The notes under the pieces are model-generated. The model worked only from the letters and a program-made list of their open reading frames with translations, had not been told where the DNA came from and made no database searches. DNA of 64,000 nt. Origin: an uncultured virus (IMG/VR IMGVR_UViG_3300021197_001731). Its lineage: Duplodnaviria; Heunggongvirae; Uroviricota; Caudoviricetes. The stretch is taken from the IMG/VR virus record IMGVR_UViG_3300021197_001731. One strand, given 5' to 3'. This document shows positions 18,876 through 28,844 of this stretch, one piece after another. Position 1 is the first letter of the stretch; each line of letters begins with the position of its first letter. The position numbers were made by a program, and so were the translations under genes.

Positions 18876-19067
18876 TCACCAAAGTCCTGGAATCATTTGT
18901 CCTGTTACTGCATAACTTCCAATTGCTGCGATGATGCCGAGCATTGCTAAGCGTCCGTTGAGTTTTTCAGCTTTAGTGTTGTGGTCCATGGTGATCTCCA
19001 TAATTTGCATTTGTGGTTCTTTGGCGTAGATATTTGTTCTGCCGCCGTCCTCTATAATTGTCGTCAT
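18876..19067 (-). CDS. hli: High-light inducible protein
   Basis: AEKLNGRLAMLG...TGQMIPG motif. Confidence 0.95.
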   Translation of the reverse strand: MTTIIEDGGRTNIYAKEPQMQIMEITMDHNTKAEKLNGRLAMLGIIAAIGSYAVTGQMIPGLW

Positions 19068-19178
19068 TTTTCTTGTAATGTTTTGTTAAGCTTCTTAAGT
19101 ATAACCTCGAACTCTTGGTAACGAGGATTCTTAATTGAGATATTGTTTTGCATATAGAGAACTACTGCAGCGCGTATA

Positions 19179-19625
19179 TCATTCAACTGTTCTTGAGTTA
19201 GTTCTTCCATCGGAATTCCTAAGTATGTAATCTATGAGCCTTTGTAAATGCTCTGGACTGTCTTCGACAAGTCCTAGAACAATATTACAGTCTTTGCATA
19301 GTAATTGTCGAACATCACCTGTTACATGGTTGTGATCCACACACCATTGGTTGTGCTTTCCTCCAGGTCTTGAAGTACCGCAGCAGGCACACTTGGAGCC
19401 TTGAGCAAGCACCATCCGATTGAAAGTAGCAAGAGTGATGCCGTAACGACGCTGCAAATGTAAATCTCTTGATCGCTCTGGGTCTCGGGTAGCCTTAACC
19501 CTTGTTTTAGCACATTTTTTACACTCATGATGTCTAGCATTGGGATCTTTATCTGATTTTCTGCCAGTCTTATAAAACTCAGTTAAAGGTTTTATCTCAT
19601 GACATTTATTACATTTTCTATTCAT
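19179..19625 (-). CDS. Endonuclease VII-family free-standing (homing-type) endonuclease
   Basis: N-terminal CxxC...CxxC; RYGITL..F..M...QGSKCACC...VDHNHVTGDVRQLLCKDCN. Confidence 0.88.
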   Translation of the reverse strand: MNRKCNKCHEIKPLTEFYKTGRKSDKDPNARHHECKKCAKTRVKATRDPERSRDLHLQRRYGITLATFNRMVLAQGSKCACCGTSRPGGKHNQWCVDHNHVTGDVRQLLCKDCNIVLGLVEDSPEHLQRLIDYILRNSDGRTNSRTVE

Positions 19626-19676
19626 TTAAAAAGGCCCACCTAAGTGAGCCTAACTAAACTAATTGTGAGATGAGAG

Positions 19677-20762
19677 TTATCCGATAGAAGGTGCAGATAG
19701 AGCAACTTCAGTGGTCTTAGCAGTAGCCAAGTCCAATGGATAGTTATGAGCGTTACGTTCATGCATCACCTCCATTCCTAGTCCAGCACGGTTCAGAATG
19801 TCAGCCCACGTAGGGATGGGACGGCTTTGTGAATCAAGAATAGATTCATTAAAATTAAGACCATTGAGGTTGAAGGCCATGGTTGACACGCCAAGGGCGG
19901 TGAACCAGATGCCAACGACCGGCCAGCTTGCGAGGAAGAAGTGCAGTGAACGGGAGTTGTTGAACGAAGCGTATTGGAAAATCAAGCGACCGAAGTAGCC
20001 ATGAGCAGCGACGATGTTATACGTCTCTTCCTCTTGTCCAAACTTGTAGCCATAGTTCTGAGACTCAGTCTCTGTGGTCTCCCGGACCAAAGATGATGTA
20101 ACAAGAGAGCCATGCATAGCACTGAATAGACTGCCGCCGAAGACACCAGCTACTCCCAGCATGTGGAAGGGGTGCATGAGGATGTTGTGCTCTGCTTGGA
20201 ATACCAACATGTAGTTGAACGTACCGGAGATACCAAGTGGCATAGCATCAGAGAATGAACCTTGACCAAAGGGATAAACGAGAAAGACTGCGGATGCAGC
20301 TGCAACAGGTGCAGAGTAAGCAACGCAGATCCATGGGCGCATACCTAACCGGTAGCTAAGTTCCCATTCTCGTCCCATGTAAGCGAAGATACCGATAAGG
20401 AAGTGGAAGACAACAAGTTGGAATGGGCCTCCGTTATAGAGCCACTCGTCCAGTGAAGCCGCTTCCCAGATTGGGTAAAAATGCAAACCGATTGCGTTTG
20501 AAGACGGGACAACTGCTCCTGAAATAATGTTATTTCCGTAAAGGAGCGATCCAGCAACTGGTTCACGAATGCCATCGATATCTACAGGTGGTGCGCCAAC
20601 GAAGGCGATAATGAAGCAAATGGTTGCAGCAAGCAACGTAGGAATCATCAAGATGCCAAACCAGCCCACATAGAGGCGGTTGTCAGTTGATGTTACCCAC
20701 TTGCAAAACTGCTCCCAATTAGACTGCACGCCAGAAGCGCCAGTAAGAATTGTTGAAGCCAT
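19677..20762 (-). CDS. psbA: Photosystem II D1 protein
   Basis: Full-length, intron-less D1 (NRLYVGWFG...[13 protein letters not shown]) with Mn-cluster ligands retained. Confidence 0.99.
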   Translation of the reverse strand: MASTILTGASGVQSNWEQFCKWVTSTDNRLYVGWFGILMIPTLLAATICFIIAFVGAPPVDIDGIREPVAGSLLYGNNIISGAVVPSSNAIGLHFYPIWEAASLDEWLYNGGPFQLVVFHFLIGIFAYMGREWELSYRLGMRPWICVAYSAPVAAASAVFLVYPFGQGSFSDAMPLGISGTFNYMLVFQAEHNILMHPFHMLGVAGVFGGSLFSAMHGSLVTSSLVRETTETESQNYGYKFGQEEETYNIVAAHGYFGRLIFQYASFNNSRSLHFFLASWPVVGIWFTALGVSTMAFNLNGLNFNESILDSQSRPIPTWADILNRAGLGMEVMHERNAHNYPLDLATAKTTEVALSAPSIG

Positions 20763-21080
20763 TAAATTAATGCGGTGTTTTGTTTATTGGGTAATACTCA
20801 GGTGTGGTTAACCTTACTTAGTAATCATACATTTAATGTCAGGAAATAATGACAGTAAATATACTTAAAGATTAAGATCTCGTGTTCTAATCTTGTAGTC
20901 TAGCCGATAATCACGGGCCTGCTTACGTTCTTTCAGCTCATGCTCTAGGTGAGCGCAAAATCCTTTAGTTGATGGATGTTTAATAGTCTTTGACATTCTT
21001 TTCTCCTGTTTTACAACAGTCAGGAGCAGGGAATGCTCCCAACTTGTATATACTTTATCAGTGAATTCGCACAGATAAGA

Positions 21081-21422
21081 TTAAATATAAGTAAAGCTTA
21101 CATAATCTACACCGGGTCCAGTTAATCCAATTGCCTCAGCAGCACCACGAGATAAGTCGAGCTCACGAGCCCCAATGTACGGACCACGATCGTTAATTCG
21201 GACGTTGATACATCCTTGATAACAGACCTGTAGTCGCGTTCCAAAAGGGAGCGTCTTATGTGCTGCGGTAAGTCCCATTTGGTCATACACTTCTCCGTTC
21301 GCGGTGAGGCGACCGTGAAAGCCTGGTCCATACCAACTGGTGAGCATAGAGCCACCAGCGGATACGGATGTAGACAGAGCCAATAAAAGGGCACTAGAAG
21401 TGCAAAGAATTTTAGATAACAT
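21081..21422 (-). CDS. rlpA: RlpA-like DPBB lytic transglycosylase with signal peptide
   Basis: SWYGPGFHGRLTANGE, TAAHKTLPFGT, VRINDRGPY and DLSRGAA. Confidence 0.92.
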   Translation of the reverse strand: MLSKILCTSSALLLALSTSVSAGGSMLTSWYGPGFHGRLTANGEVYDQMGLTAAHKTLPFGTRLQVCYQGCINVRINDRGPYIGARELDLSRGAAEAIGLTGPGVDYVSFTYI

Positions 21423-21498
21423 AGGTTACTCATATTATTTATTAAACCTTAAGTTAACAAATAGGGAACACATTTACGTGCTCCCAATTGTATAACTA

Positions 21499-21735
21499 TC
21501 ACTCGGGATAGAGTGGGTCGTTGTTTTTATCGAATACATAAGTATTCTCTGGAGAAGACTCACGCCACGCATACTTAATGTGATCCCATTGAATGTCATA
21601 AACATCCATAGGAGCATTTACAAGTTCATCACGAGTGACAGACTCAAGTAATGCGTCGTGGTCTTCTGGTAGTTCATCACGTTCAACGGTGATGCGGAAT
21701 GAAGTAGTCACTTCATATTCAATATCTATTTTCAT
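21499..21735 (-). CDS. Hypothetical protein
   Basis: 78-aa coupled ORF. Confidence 0.55.
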   Translation of the reverse strand: MKIDIEYEVTTSFRITVERDELPEDHDALLESVTRDELVNAPMDVYDIQWDHIKYAWRESSPENTYVFDKNNDPLYPE

Positions 21736-22706
21736 TAGGCAGTGACAAGATCACGTGCGATAGCAAAGGCTTTCTTGCTGATGACAGCACCAGCACCGAA
21801 TGTGCCACGTGCAAACTGAGCACGTGTTTTTGCGGCAGTGACGCCACGAGTGCTTGTTTCTACTTGAGTAATAGCATTTAAGCCATTCCACAGTGAGAAT
21901 GATGCAAACTCTGAGCCATAGCCAGCACGGAATGCTTGCTCTAGCTTTTGACGCTTGCGGAATACATCACCTTCGCTGATGTTGTAGACCTCGTCAGCAA
22001 ACTCGTTAAAGCCGCTGGCACTCATATGTGTACGTGAGAATTCACGCATCAGGTCACACTCAGCAGTGAAGTCTTGCCGAGCCACATCGATACTCTCGAT
22101 AAGAGCATCAAAGTTAGCGTTAGCAGTGCCTTTGTGAGTGATGCTTGATTGAGCGCCACTCTCGTTGAGAGCAGCAGTCAATGTGTTCTGACAGACAACA
22201 CGGATGTTGGTGAACTTTGCACCACAACCAGTCTTGCCGTCATGTCCTAGATAGCCGACAATGCGACGTTTTACTGTGTCACCAGGGACGATGTCCGTCT
22301 CCGCACCACGGAGTGTGGCGGTAAAACAGACTTTGGCCCCGTCTGATAGAACGATGACGCAGTCCATGTCTGCCTCTTCGCGGATAAACTCCGCCATGCG
22401 AAGCAGCGATTCATTTTGAACGATTTCGTACTGCTTGGTGACAACACCGAGCAAGGCTTGGGTGTCAGTACGGACAACTCCGAAGTGACCTGTCGGCTGA
22501 TAGCAAACTCGTCCTGGCAAGTAGCCGTTGGACTCTGAGTCAAAGACGTGAGTTGGGAGTTTGAGTTCTCGCTTCTCGACAGAAAATAGTGCGTCTGCTG
22601 TTTCAAACGCCTCTCGCGCTGGAAGCGTGCCAGGGGTGACAACCCCAAGCCCGTGCCATGCACGTTCGCCATTGCCGAGCCAGCCAGATGTGAAATTTGC
22701 GGGCAT
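21735..22706 (-). CDS. DUF932/DUF945 phage-plasmid family protein
   Basis: AWHGLG, VRTDT..LLGVV...YEIVQN, GHDG and IRVVCQNTL. Start at ATG 22706, downstream of a hairpin element. Confidence 0.85.
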   Translation of the reverse strand: MPANFTSGWLGNGERAWHGLGVVTPGTLPAREAFETADALFSVEKRELKLPTHVFDSESNGYLPGRVCYQPTGHFGVVRTDTQALLGVVTKQYEIVQNESLLRMAEFIREEADMDCVIVLSDGAKVCFTATLRGAETDIVPGDTVKRRIVGYLGHDGKTGCGAKFTNIRVVCQNTLTAALNESGAQSSITHKGTANANFDALIESIDVARQDFTAECDLMREFSRTHMSASGFNEFADEVYNISEGDVFRKRQKLEQAFRAGYGSEFASFSLWNGLNAITQVETSTRGVTAAKTRAQFARGTFGAGAVISKKAFAIARDLVTA

Positions 22707-22725
22707 TGATTTGTAGCCATGTATT

Positions 22726-22758
22726 GGACATAAATGATTAGAGACCCCGTTAGGGGTC
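22726..22758 (-). promoter_or_regulatory. Hairpin-plus-pentamer element
   Basis: GGACA, then 18 nt to the loop of GACCCC-GTTA-GGGGTC. Confidence 0.75.
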
Positions 22759-22883
22759 ACCTAAAGTATGCCTATTAATTGAGAAATGGCTATCTAGTAA
22801 AAAGAATTTTGGATGGAATAAAGATATAACCATGTCTAGACATTTATCGTCCTAAGTTTTGTTAAGTGAATAAGCAAAAAAAA

Positions 22884-23201
22884 TTAGCCGGTCAAATCAA
22901 TAAAGGCAGACACTTTTTCTGAAAGCTGCCAGGAGCCTTCATAAACTCCGGCTCTACATGCAGTGACATGCTCACAAGCGAAGCATGGATGACCATAACA
23001 ATCTTTGGTTAATCGCTTATCAAGCATTATTGACCTGAAGGTAAATACAGAGTTTATATATCCGCAAATTTGTGAGTGCTTTTGCATAGACGCTCTCGTG
23101 GACTCGTACATGACTTCAGACATAGTCATGCCCCAGGCATTGGCGTAGTCTTTCAAAAGTGCATGGCACTTGTCCGGCATCTGTACTTGAATTTTTTTCA
23201 T
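22884..23201 (-). CDS. Ribbon-helix-helix-like regulator with C-terminal Cys/His cluster (paralog 1)
   Basis: KKIQVQMPD...LKDYANAWGMTMSEVM followed by CYGxxCxxCxHxxAC. Confidence 0.65.
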   Translation of the reverse strand: MKKIQVQMPDKCHALLKDYANAWGMTMSEVMYESTRASMQKHSQICGYINSVFTFRSIMLDKRLTKDCYGHPCFACEHVTACRAGVYEGSWQLSEKVSAFIDLTG

Positions 23202-23217
23202 GAGTTGGTATGTATGT

Positions 23218-23535
23218 TCAGATTGAACCTTTTAAGAGATGTTGATGTTCATCGGCAATTTCCCAGAGACTTTTATAAAGCCCTGTTCTACAAGCCACCT
23301 GGTGCTTACAGCAACGACATAAATAGCCATAACAAGCTTTAGCCACTCTTTTATCGAGGGTTGCGCCATGTTTTTCCAGTAGCTGCTCAGAAAGCTGGCA
23401 GACATTACTAGAAGAATGTATGTGCTGCTTTACAGCTTCATACATAAGCTCGCCCATTGTCATTCCCCAGTAAGCGCAGTATTCCTTTAGAACAGCTGCA
23501 AAGGGGTCATCGACCTTGACGTCGATACGCTGCAT
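23218..23535 (-). CDS. Ribbon-helix-helix-like regulator with C-terminal Cys/His cluster (paralog 2)
   Basis: RIDVKVDD...LKEYCAYWGMTMGELM followed by CYGxxCxxCxHxxAC. Confidence 0.65.
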   Translation of the reverse strand: MQRIDVKVDDPFAAVLKEYCAYWGMTMGELMYEAVKQHIHSSSNVCQLSEQLLEKHGATLDKRVAKACYGYLCRCCKHQVACRTGLYKSLWEIADEHQHLLKGSI

Positions 23536-23611
23536 AAGCGATTATGCCGATGCCAATTAAATTACAGAATAATGGGTACGAATAGAGCAAAATTTTCGAA
23601 ATTTGACTCGG

Positions 23612-23779
23612 TTAAGTTTCGTTAAGTGCTTCATTTTTAGCTATACCTTTTTGTCGTATATACATTTTTATGGCTTCACACATGACATCTTGCATGGTGA
23701 CGCCGTTTAAAACGGAATATATCTTGAGATCCTTATGCAAGTCCTCAGGCAGGACTGCGGTTACACGCTTGTCAGTGAT
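23612..23779 (-). CDS. Small RHH (ParG-like) protein with apparent ATC start
   Basis: Manual translation ITDKRVTAVLPEDLHKDLKIYSVLNGVTMQDVMCEAIKMYI...; AGGAGG lies 9 nt upstream of the ATC. Confidence 0.6.
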   Translation of the reverse strand: MTDKRVTAVLPEDLHKDLKIYSVLNGVTMQDVMCEAIKMYIRQKGIAKNEALNET

Positions 23780-23872
23780 AAGACAGGTCCTCCTACGGTC
23801 ATTCTAGGTAGAAATGCCTTGAGTTACGCAATTCCCATTTTCATGAGAAAGCAGTTTTACATTTGAAGAGAA

Positions 23873-24116
23873 CGTAGCAGCCTGAAAACCTTGTTTTTTT
23901 GCTTGTATTCAGCTGCAAGGCAAGAGAACTGGTCAAAACGTACCCCAATAAAATCATGGGAAAACTACGTTTGCTACGCTTCTTCCTTATATATCTCTTT
24001 TTTAATGCACTCCCTCTATTTTTTAATGGTTATATAGGGAATTAGCGTAGTTAGCGTAGCTTTTTAAGTAGTGGGTACTAAAAAACCCAGCACTTGACTG
24101 GGCTTTGGCTGCTACG
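23873..24116. repeat. Origin-like element A (inverted CTACG/CGTAG pairs around an AT-rich core)
   Basis: CTACG at 23965, 23974 and 24112; CGTAG at 23873, 24046 and 24055. Confidence 0.55.
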
Positions 24117-24822
24117 CAATGGTTGGTCTAAATTGAAAGATATCTTTTACGTTGTCTTTATAGTCCCCTGCATATTGTTGAGCAAGCTCATTGACGTCAG
24201 TAGTAGGTCGATAGGGGTTTGCTTCTTCAGAATTAAAAGCCATATCTTGAAAATTGCTCTTGTAAGGAGACAAATTTCCTCCAGCTCCATAACCTTCTTC
24301 CCAATCTTTAAGGATCCCTGCTTGTTTCAAAAGCTCGGGTGAAGGCTCATATGGCTCTTCAGGTGTATCAGGCGTAATAGCAGTATCAGTTTGTTCGTCG
24401 TCAACTTTCATAGATGAAATCAAATCATCCCTGCTTTTTGCAAAAAGATCCTGAGCAATTTGTGCAGAGTCATTTGCAGAATTAACTTTATTAATATCTA
24501 ATTCTTTGTTGCCATATTTTTGCATAGCTCGAAGAGCACTAGTGACTTCAGACATATTGCTGATGCCACTACCTAAATCTTTAAAATGTTTGTTATCAAC
24601 ATCGCGTCCATATTTCATGGATTCACGTACGTCGTAATCATTTGCTAAAGCACGAGCAATCGCGGCTTCCTCAGCTTCAGCGTCATATCCACCACGACCA
24701 GTAATTTCAGTTTGACGATCATCAATACGGTCAAGACCGTATTCTTTCATTAACTTCGCACGAGTTGCTTCTTTCTGGCTCCAATTCTGCGCATCCCAAT
24801 TTTTAATCTTACTTCTAGCCAT
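24112..24822 (-). CDS. Hypothetical protein (virion-internal-like composition)
   Basis: 236-aa ORF. Confidence 0.65.
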   Translation of the reverse strand: MARSKIKNWDAQNWSQKEATRAKLMKEYGLDRIDDRQTEITGRGGYDAEAEEAAIARALANDYDVRESMKYGRDVDNKHFKDLGSGISNMSEVTSALRAMQKYGNKELDINKVNSANDSAQIAQDLFAKSRDDLISSMKVDDEQTDTAITPDTPEEPYEPSPELLKQAGILKDWEEGYGAGGNLSPYKSNFQDMAFNSEEANPYRPTTDVNELAQQYAGDYKDNVKDIFQFRPTIA

Positions 24823-24844
24823 GACACAATTTATAGATATAAAT

Positions 24845-25042
24845 CTATTTTACTTGGTCTGAAGTTGACTTTTTAGGTTTGTAGTACAGGGGTTCATCGA
24901 GATAATCGCAGACAAGTTCTGCTAGGTCCCAATAGTGAGTAAACCAGTCAGCTATTAGTCCTGAGTGGGGTAGTACGTGATATCGATATTCGACATCATC
25001 TATTTCGTCAAGAATTTTGTCGCGTAGTTCCTGCTTGTTCAT
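24845..25042 (-). CDS. Hypothetical protein
   Basis: 65-aa ORF. Confidence 0.5.
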   Translation of the reverse strand: MNKQELRDKILDEIDDVEYRYHVLPHSGLIADWFTHYWDLAELVCDYLDEPLYYKPKKSTSDQVK

Positions 25043-25169
25043 ATTTAGAGTCTAAGCATAAATAGTATTTAGTGCCGACTATTGGCTCTAGTTACTTATT
25101 CAAATTAAATAGAATTAAGTAGTAGATAGTGATACTTATGTGAATACATAATCATAGGTATAGATGTGA

Positions 25170-25946
25170 GTGTTTAATCGTAGGGATTTTGTAAATTCAG
25201 ATAAATATAGTGGTCGTGATCACGATGTTTTAACGCAGAGCCCTCATTTATTTAAACGTTCAAATACTCAGAGAAGCTCTTTGAGCACACAGTTAAATAA
25301 ACTAATGCCTGTAACTAAAGTTAGTGGGCTTAGTGATGAAGAGCGTCTTGAGAACAAAAAGATTCAGTCACTTTTAAGACCTCAAGCGGGTGAGGAAGTC
25401 CATCATCAAAACGGTTTGGGACTTATAGGTACAGTTTTAGATAATGCTGATGACGAAGGTAAAGATTACATATATAGATTGCTTGAGCATAATGATATTC
25501 CTATAGGAGATAATATTTTAAATCTTATTAATTTGGATAGGGCGGGTCACGATGAACTTCATGCTTTTGCTCAAGAGCAAGGGCTAGAAATCATGCGTAA
25601 TGGTACGGTTGGTCTTGCCAAAAGATTATCAGAATCAAAAAATATTGAAGAGACATTAGAATATTTACAGGATTATATTGATTATGGGGTGCCTCTTTTG
25701 CGTGAAAAACAAGATGAAATCATTGCAGCAAGTGAAATGTCTAAAGGTAAACGGTTTGCAGACGCAAGAGTTTTAGACGAGTACAACAAACTAACAGCTG
25801 GTGCAGGGCTACGTTCCGATAGTCCAGGTACTAGCCGTGAGCGCGTTCTGCATATTGATAGTGGTGGTGGTGATGTTTCTATTGGAGAAGGCGTATTGCG
25901 TTCTAATGGTAAGAACGGCAACGGGAATAGTAACGGTAAACATTGA
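25170..25946 (+). CDS. Hypothetical protein with HNH-like motif
   Basis: EVHH...NLINL....HDELH. Start uncertain. Confidence 0.55.
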   Translation: MFNRRDFVNSDKYSGRDHDVLTQSPHLFKRSNTQRSSLSTQLNKLMPVTKVSGLSDEERLENKKIQSLLRPQAGEEVHHQNGLGLIGTVLDNADDEGKDYIYRLLEHNDIPIGDNILNLINLDRAGHDELHAFAQEQGLEIMRNGTVGLAKRLSESKNIEETLEYLQDYIDYGVPLLREKQDEIIAASEMSKGKRFADARVLDEYNKLTAGAGLRSDSPGTSRERVLHIDSGGGDVSIGEGVLRSNGKNGNGNSNGKH

Positions 25947-26179
25947 TTTAGGATAGATTTTCCCAACAGCTTAAATATTTCTCAGTAGGGATCAACATAG
26001 TTTCTATGGCTGGAATGTAAGTCGTTGATATTTGGTCTACGTCCATATAATCAACAGTCATGACGCCAGGGCTGCTTTCAATTGCGCCAACGATAAAGAC
26101 TGACAAAAGTAATGAGCACATATTTATTGCATGTATAGATCACTAAAAAATAGGCTAGCCAATAGGCCAGCCTTTTGTG

Positions 26180-26413
26180 TCAGATAATTGGAAGGTTTGA
26201 TTCGATTGTTTGAATCGCCTCGCGCAATGTTGCACCTGCATAACCAGATGCACCTGAGTAAAACTCAGTCGGCTCTGCATGTATGTCCTCTTGTGATTGA
26301 GGCCAGCTAATAGGCCGTGCCTTGCGACAATAGCCTTCAGAGAGACGCATCATGGTTAGCAGATGATCAAGTTGGTGTCTAGGAATAGAGACCATCTCAA
26401 ATTCGAAGTTCAT
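26180..26413 (-). CDS. Hypothetical protein
   Basis: MNFEFEM... downstream of the hairpin element at 26428-26460. Confidence 0.55.
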   Translation of the reverse strand: MNFEFEMVSIPRHQLDHLLTMMRLSEGYCRKARPISWPQSQEDIHAEPTEFYSGASGYAGATLREAIQTIESNLPII

Positions 26414-26472
26414 GTGTGCCGTGTATGGGACACAAAGAACTAAACCGCCCATTAGGGCGGAATCGTTTCAAA

Positions 26473-26544
26473 CGACCCATGCGAGATTTGAACTCGCGAT
26501 ACCACCGTGACAGGGTGGCGTGATAACCACTTCACTAATGGGTC
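26473..26544 (-). tRNA. tRNA-Asp (GTC), CCA not encoded
   Basis: Reverse complement GACCCATTAGTGAAGTGGTTATCACGCCACCCTGTCACGGTGGTATCGCGAGTTCAAATCTCGCATGGGTCG folds as a cloverleaf with anticodon GTC and a TTCAA T-loop. Confidence 0.93.
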
Positions 26545-26663
26545 TAATGGAGTGTGGGTATAAGGATTCCAAAAATCATGCCTAGGCAGTACATAGCCAG
26601 GCCATAAATTACAGTCGTTTCCTTCATAGTAAATCTACTCGATGTCTTTAATTTAGTGGTGAT

Positions 26664-27215
26664 TTATAGTCCATAGGGAAATACTTGTTCAGGATGTGCA
26701 TCCCAGTATTTATCATTTTTTCTGAGATGGACGGCGTCGATGCCTTGCATGTGAGCGCCTTGAATGTTGTAAGGAGAGTCATCGAATAGGGTTCCGACTT
26801 GGCGGTAATCTTCTTGTAGTTTTTGAAGCATTGCTTGCTTAGCAACACCGGATGGTTCACCACCAGTGCTTAGCATGATTTGATCAAACGGTACGTTGTG
26901 CCGTTGTAACCATTCGATAGTCTCTTGAAGGCGTTCAGCCGGACGTGCTGTAGCGATAGCAATACGGTCGCCCTTGCTTGCAAGTAATTGCGCAAGTTCT
27001 ACGACTGCTTCGTCAGCAGGAAAGTCACGTGCAGCGTCAAAGAACTGATCTTTAGTCAGACCAGTGTTGTCAAAGCCTTCAGGCTTACGAGTAAGAGTGT
27101 CATCTACATCAAATGCATGAACGATTGCCTGTTTATCAGCAGGGGTTAGTTCAGCGCCCTTGAAAAGATCGGCGGCAAATCGTCTCATATCTCTATTTAA
27201 GTAGATATTATTCAT
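26664..27215 (-). CDS. HAD-superfamily phosphatase (PNKP 3'-phosphatase-like)
   Basis: FDVDDTL, ATAR, K and FDDSPYN HAD motifs. Confidence 0.85.
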   Translation of the reverse strand: MNNIYLNRDMRRFAADLFKGAELTPADKQAIVHAFDVDDTLTRKPEGFDNTGLTKDQFFDAARDFPADEAVVELAQLLASKGDRIAIATARPAERLQETIEWLQRHNVPFDQIMLSTGGEPSGVAKQAMLQKLQEDYRQVGTLFDDSPYNIQGAHMQGIDAVHLRKNDKYWDAHPEQVFPYGL

Positions 27216-27259
27216 TGTAGTAATGTTGATAAAATTAATAGATATAAGTCATATGTAAT

Positions 27260-28423
27260 ATGTCAAGAATTAGTCTTGCTAAACAGTTAGGTGGAGATCG
27301 TTTGGAAGCAGCTGCAGATGCACTGTTAAACGACCTGACTGGATCTACTCGATATGGCAAGACGAGGGAGATGGATTATGTGTTCCCTAGTGATCGGTTG
27401 ACTGCAGATAATGTTGAAGAGAGTATTACCCGTCTTGGTGCACGCAACCCCGCAAAGCTCACATATGGGCCTGATGGCAGCATCGTGGGAATTGAGGGAG
27501 GTGACGTTATACGCAACAAGAAGGGAGGGATCAACATTGATCAGGTGCCGTCCCCCTATGGGAGGGACTACGTCAAGTACAGCCCTTCAGTCGTCGATAG
27601 CACTACAAGTGAACTAGTAGAAGCTCAGTTGTATCCAGAGCGCTTTACAGGCGCTACAGGCCAGCTAGGAGCTGCAAGAGATATGGGCTTGGCCCACAGG
27701 TACAACGACTACGACCGATACAGGGCAATTAATGACCGTATGGAGGTCACACCAGAAGCATTGGCGCGGTTTGGTGCAGTAGTGACCAAAGGAAAGGCAG
27801 ATAAGCCAATCGCGGCAGCAATGTCAGGTGGAGGTGCAATCCTCGGAAGTCGGGGAGACACCGTATTGATTCCAGGGACAGACAAGGTATTCAGTTCATT
27901 ACCCAGTGGGGAGAAGGCTGCTTATTTAGGTGAGAGGGGAGATGTCTTTCTTAATCAGTGGCTACAGCAAAAGGGTGGTTCGATGGGAACAGCACAGTCA
28001 GTGATATTCCCTCCTGGGCGACCTAGCCATATGGACCACATTCAATCGCTGTCCAGCAGCATTGATGCGAAAGGTCCAGCAGGGTGGGGTTATAGCGATG
28101 ATCCAACTAACTTCAGCTACTTGGACGCTGACTACAACGTCAATACAAAGCTGAACTACGACTTACAGACGGTGCATCAGCTCGGTCGTCTAGCGGACAC
28201 CATGCGTCAAGACGGATATGGAGCACGACTACCGAAGAACCTCACTGATAAGGAGTTAAGCGATCCAGACCGTAAACGTCTGACTCAGAACGAGGCTATT
28301 GGTGAGTTGGTCATGAAGACCATTCCACCTACAGCAGACACACGGGAACTGGAGTACGCCTTGGGGATGCTCCGTCAAGCAGAGCGTGAGCAAATGCAGT
28401 GGAATGGTGGGTTAGCTAGCTGA
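27260..28423 (+). CDS. Hypothetical protein with C-terminal HNH-like motif
   Basis: HMDHIQSLS...DDPTNFSYL...N..K. Confidence 0.65.
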   Translation: MSRISLAKQLGGDRLEAAADALLNDLTGSTRYGKTREMDYVFPSDRLTADNVEESITRLGARNPAKLTYGPDGSIVGIEGGDVIRNKKGGINIDQVPSPYGRDYVKYSPSVVDSTTSELVEAQLYPERFTGATGQLGAARDMGLAHRYNDYDRYRAINDRMEVTPEALARFGAVVTKGKADKPIAAAMSGGGAILGSRGDTVLIPGTDKVFSSLPSGEKAAYLGERGDVFLNQWLQQKGGSMGTAQSVIFPPGRPSHMDHIQSLSSSIDAKGPAGWGYSDDPTNFSYLDADYNVNTKLNYDLQTVHQLGRLADTMRQDGYGARLPKNLTDKELSDPDRKRLTQNEAIGELVMKTIPPTADTRELEYALGMLRQAEREQMQWNGGLAS

Positions 28424-28819
28424 ACTCATCCATCCCTTGCATAAATTGAAGGGTAGGGCCGTATGCGGCTCGGATCTCGCGTGTTAGTGCTTTGAGCTTT
28501 AAGGCGTTGTGCACAGCAGTAGCTGTAGATATTGCGGATTGATCGCGTGCTTTCGCAGCATTATTAACAGTCTGTTGAATGGATGCTAAATCTGATAAAC
28601 GCTCTCTATTGAAGTTCATAATCGTCAAACAGATGGAAAGTCAGCAGCAGTAAACGGAACAGTTCGTCCATATGCAGCTGCCATGTCACGTTCCGTCTGA
28701 CGAGCAATGATTTCTTGAGCTTCTTCTTGACGAAGTTTCATAAGTTGTTCATTTCGTTTCATTGTCTCTGACATTGCTTGCATAATGCGGTTATCACCGG
28801 CAAAGCGATCGATATTCAT
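28416..28819 (-). CDS. Two small paralogous proteins (28625-28819 and 28416-28628)
   Basis: Both end with AAYG(P/R)T(L/V)xF. Confidence 0.55.
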
Positions 28820-28844
28820 AGCAAAAGCACACGGTATTTATATT

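Noticed and set aside
26535..26544. tRNA-Asp 5' end (GACCCATTAG) is identical to part of the hairpin element
   Set aside because: Only 10 nt, on the opposite strand, and constrained by the acceptor stem; probably coincidence.
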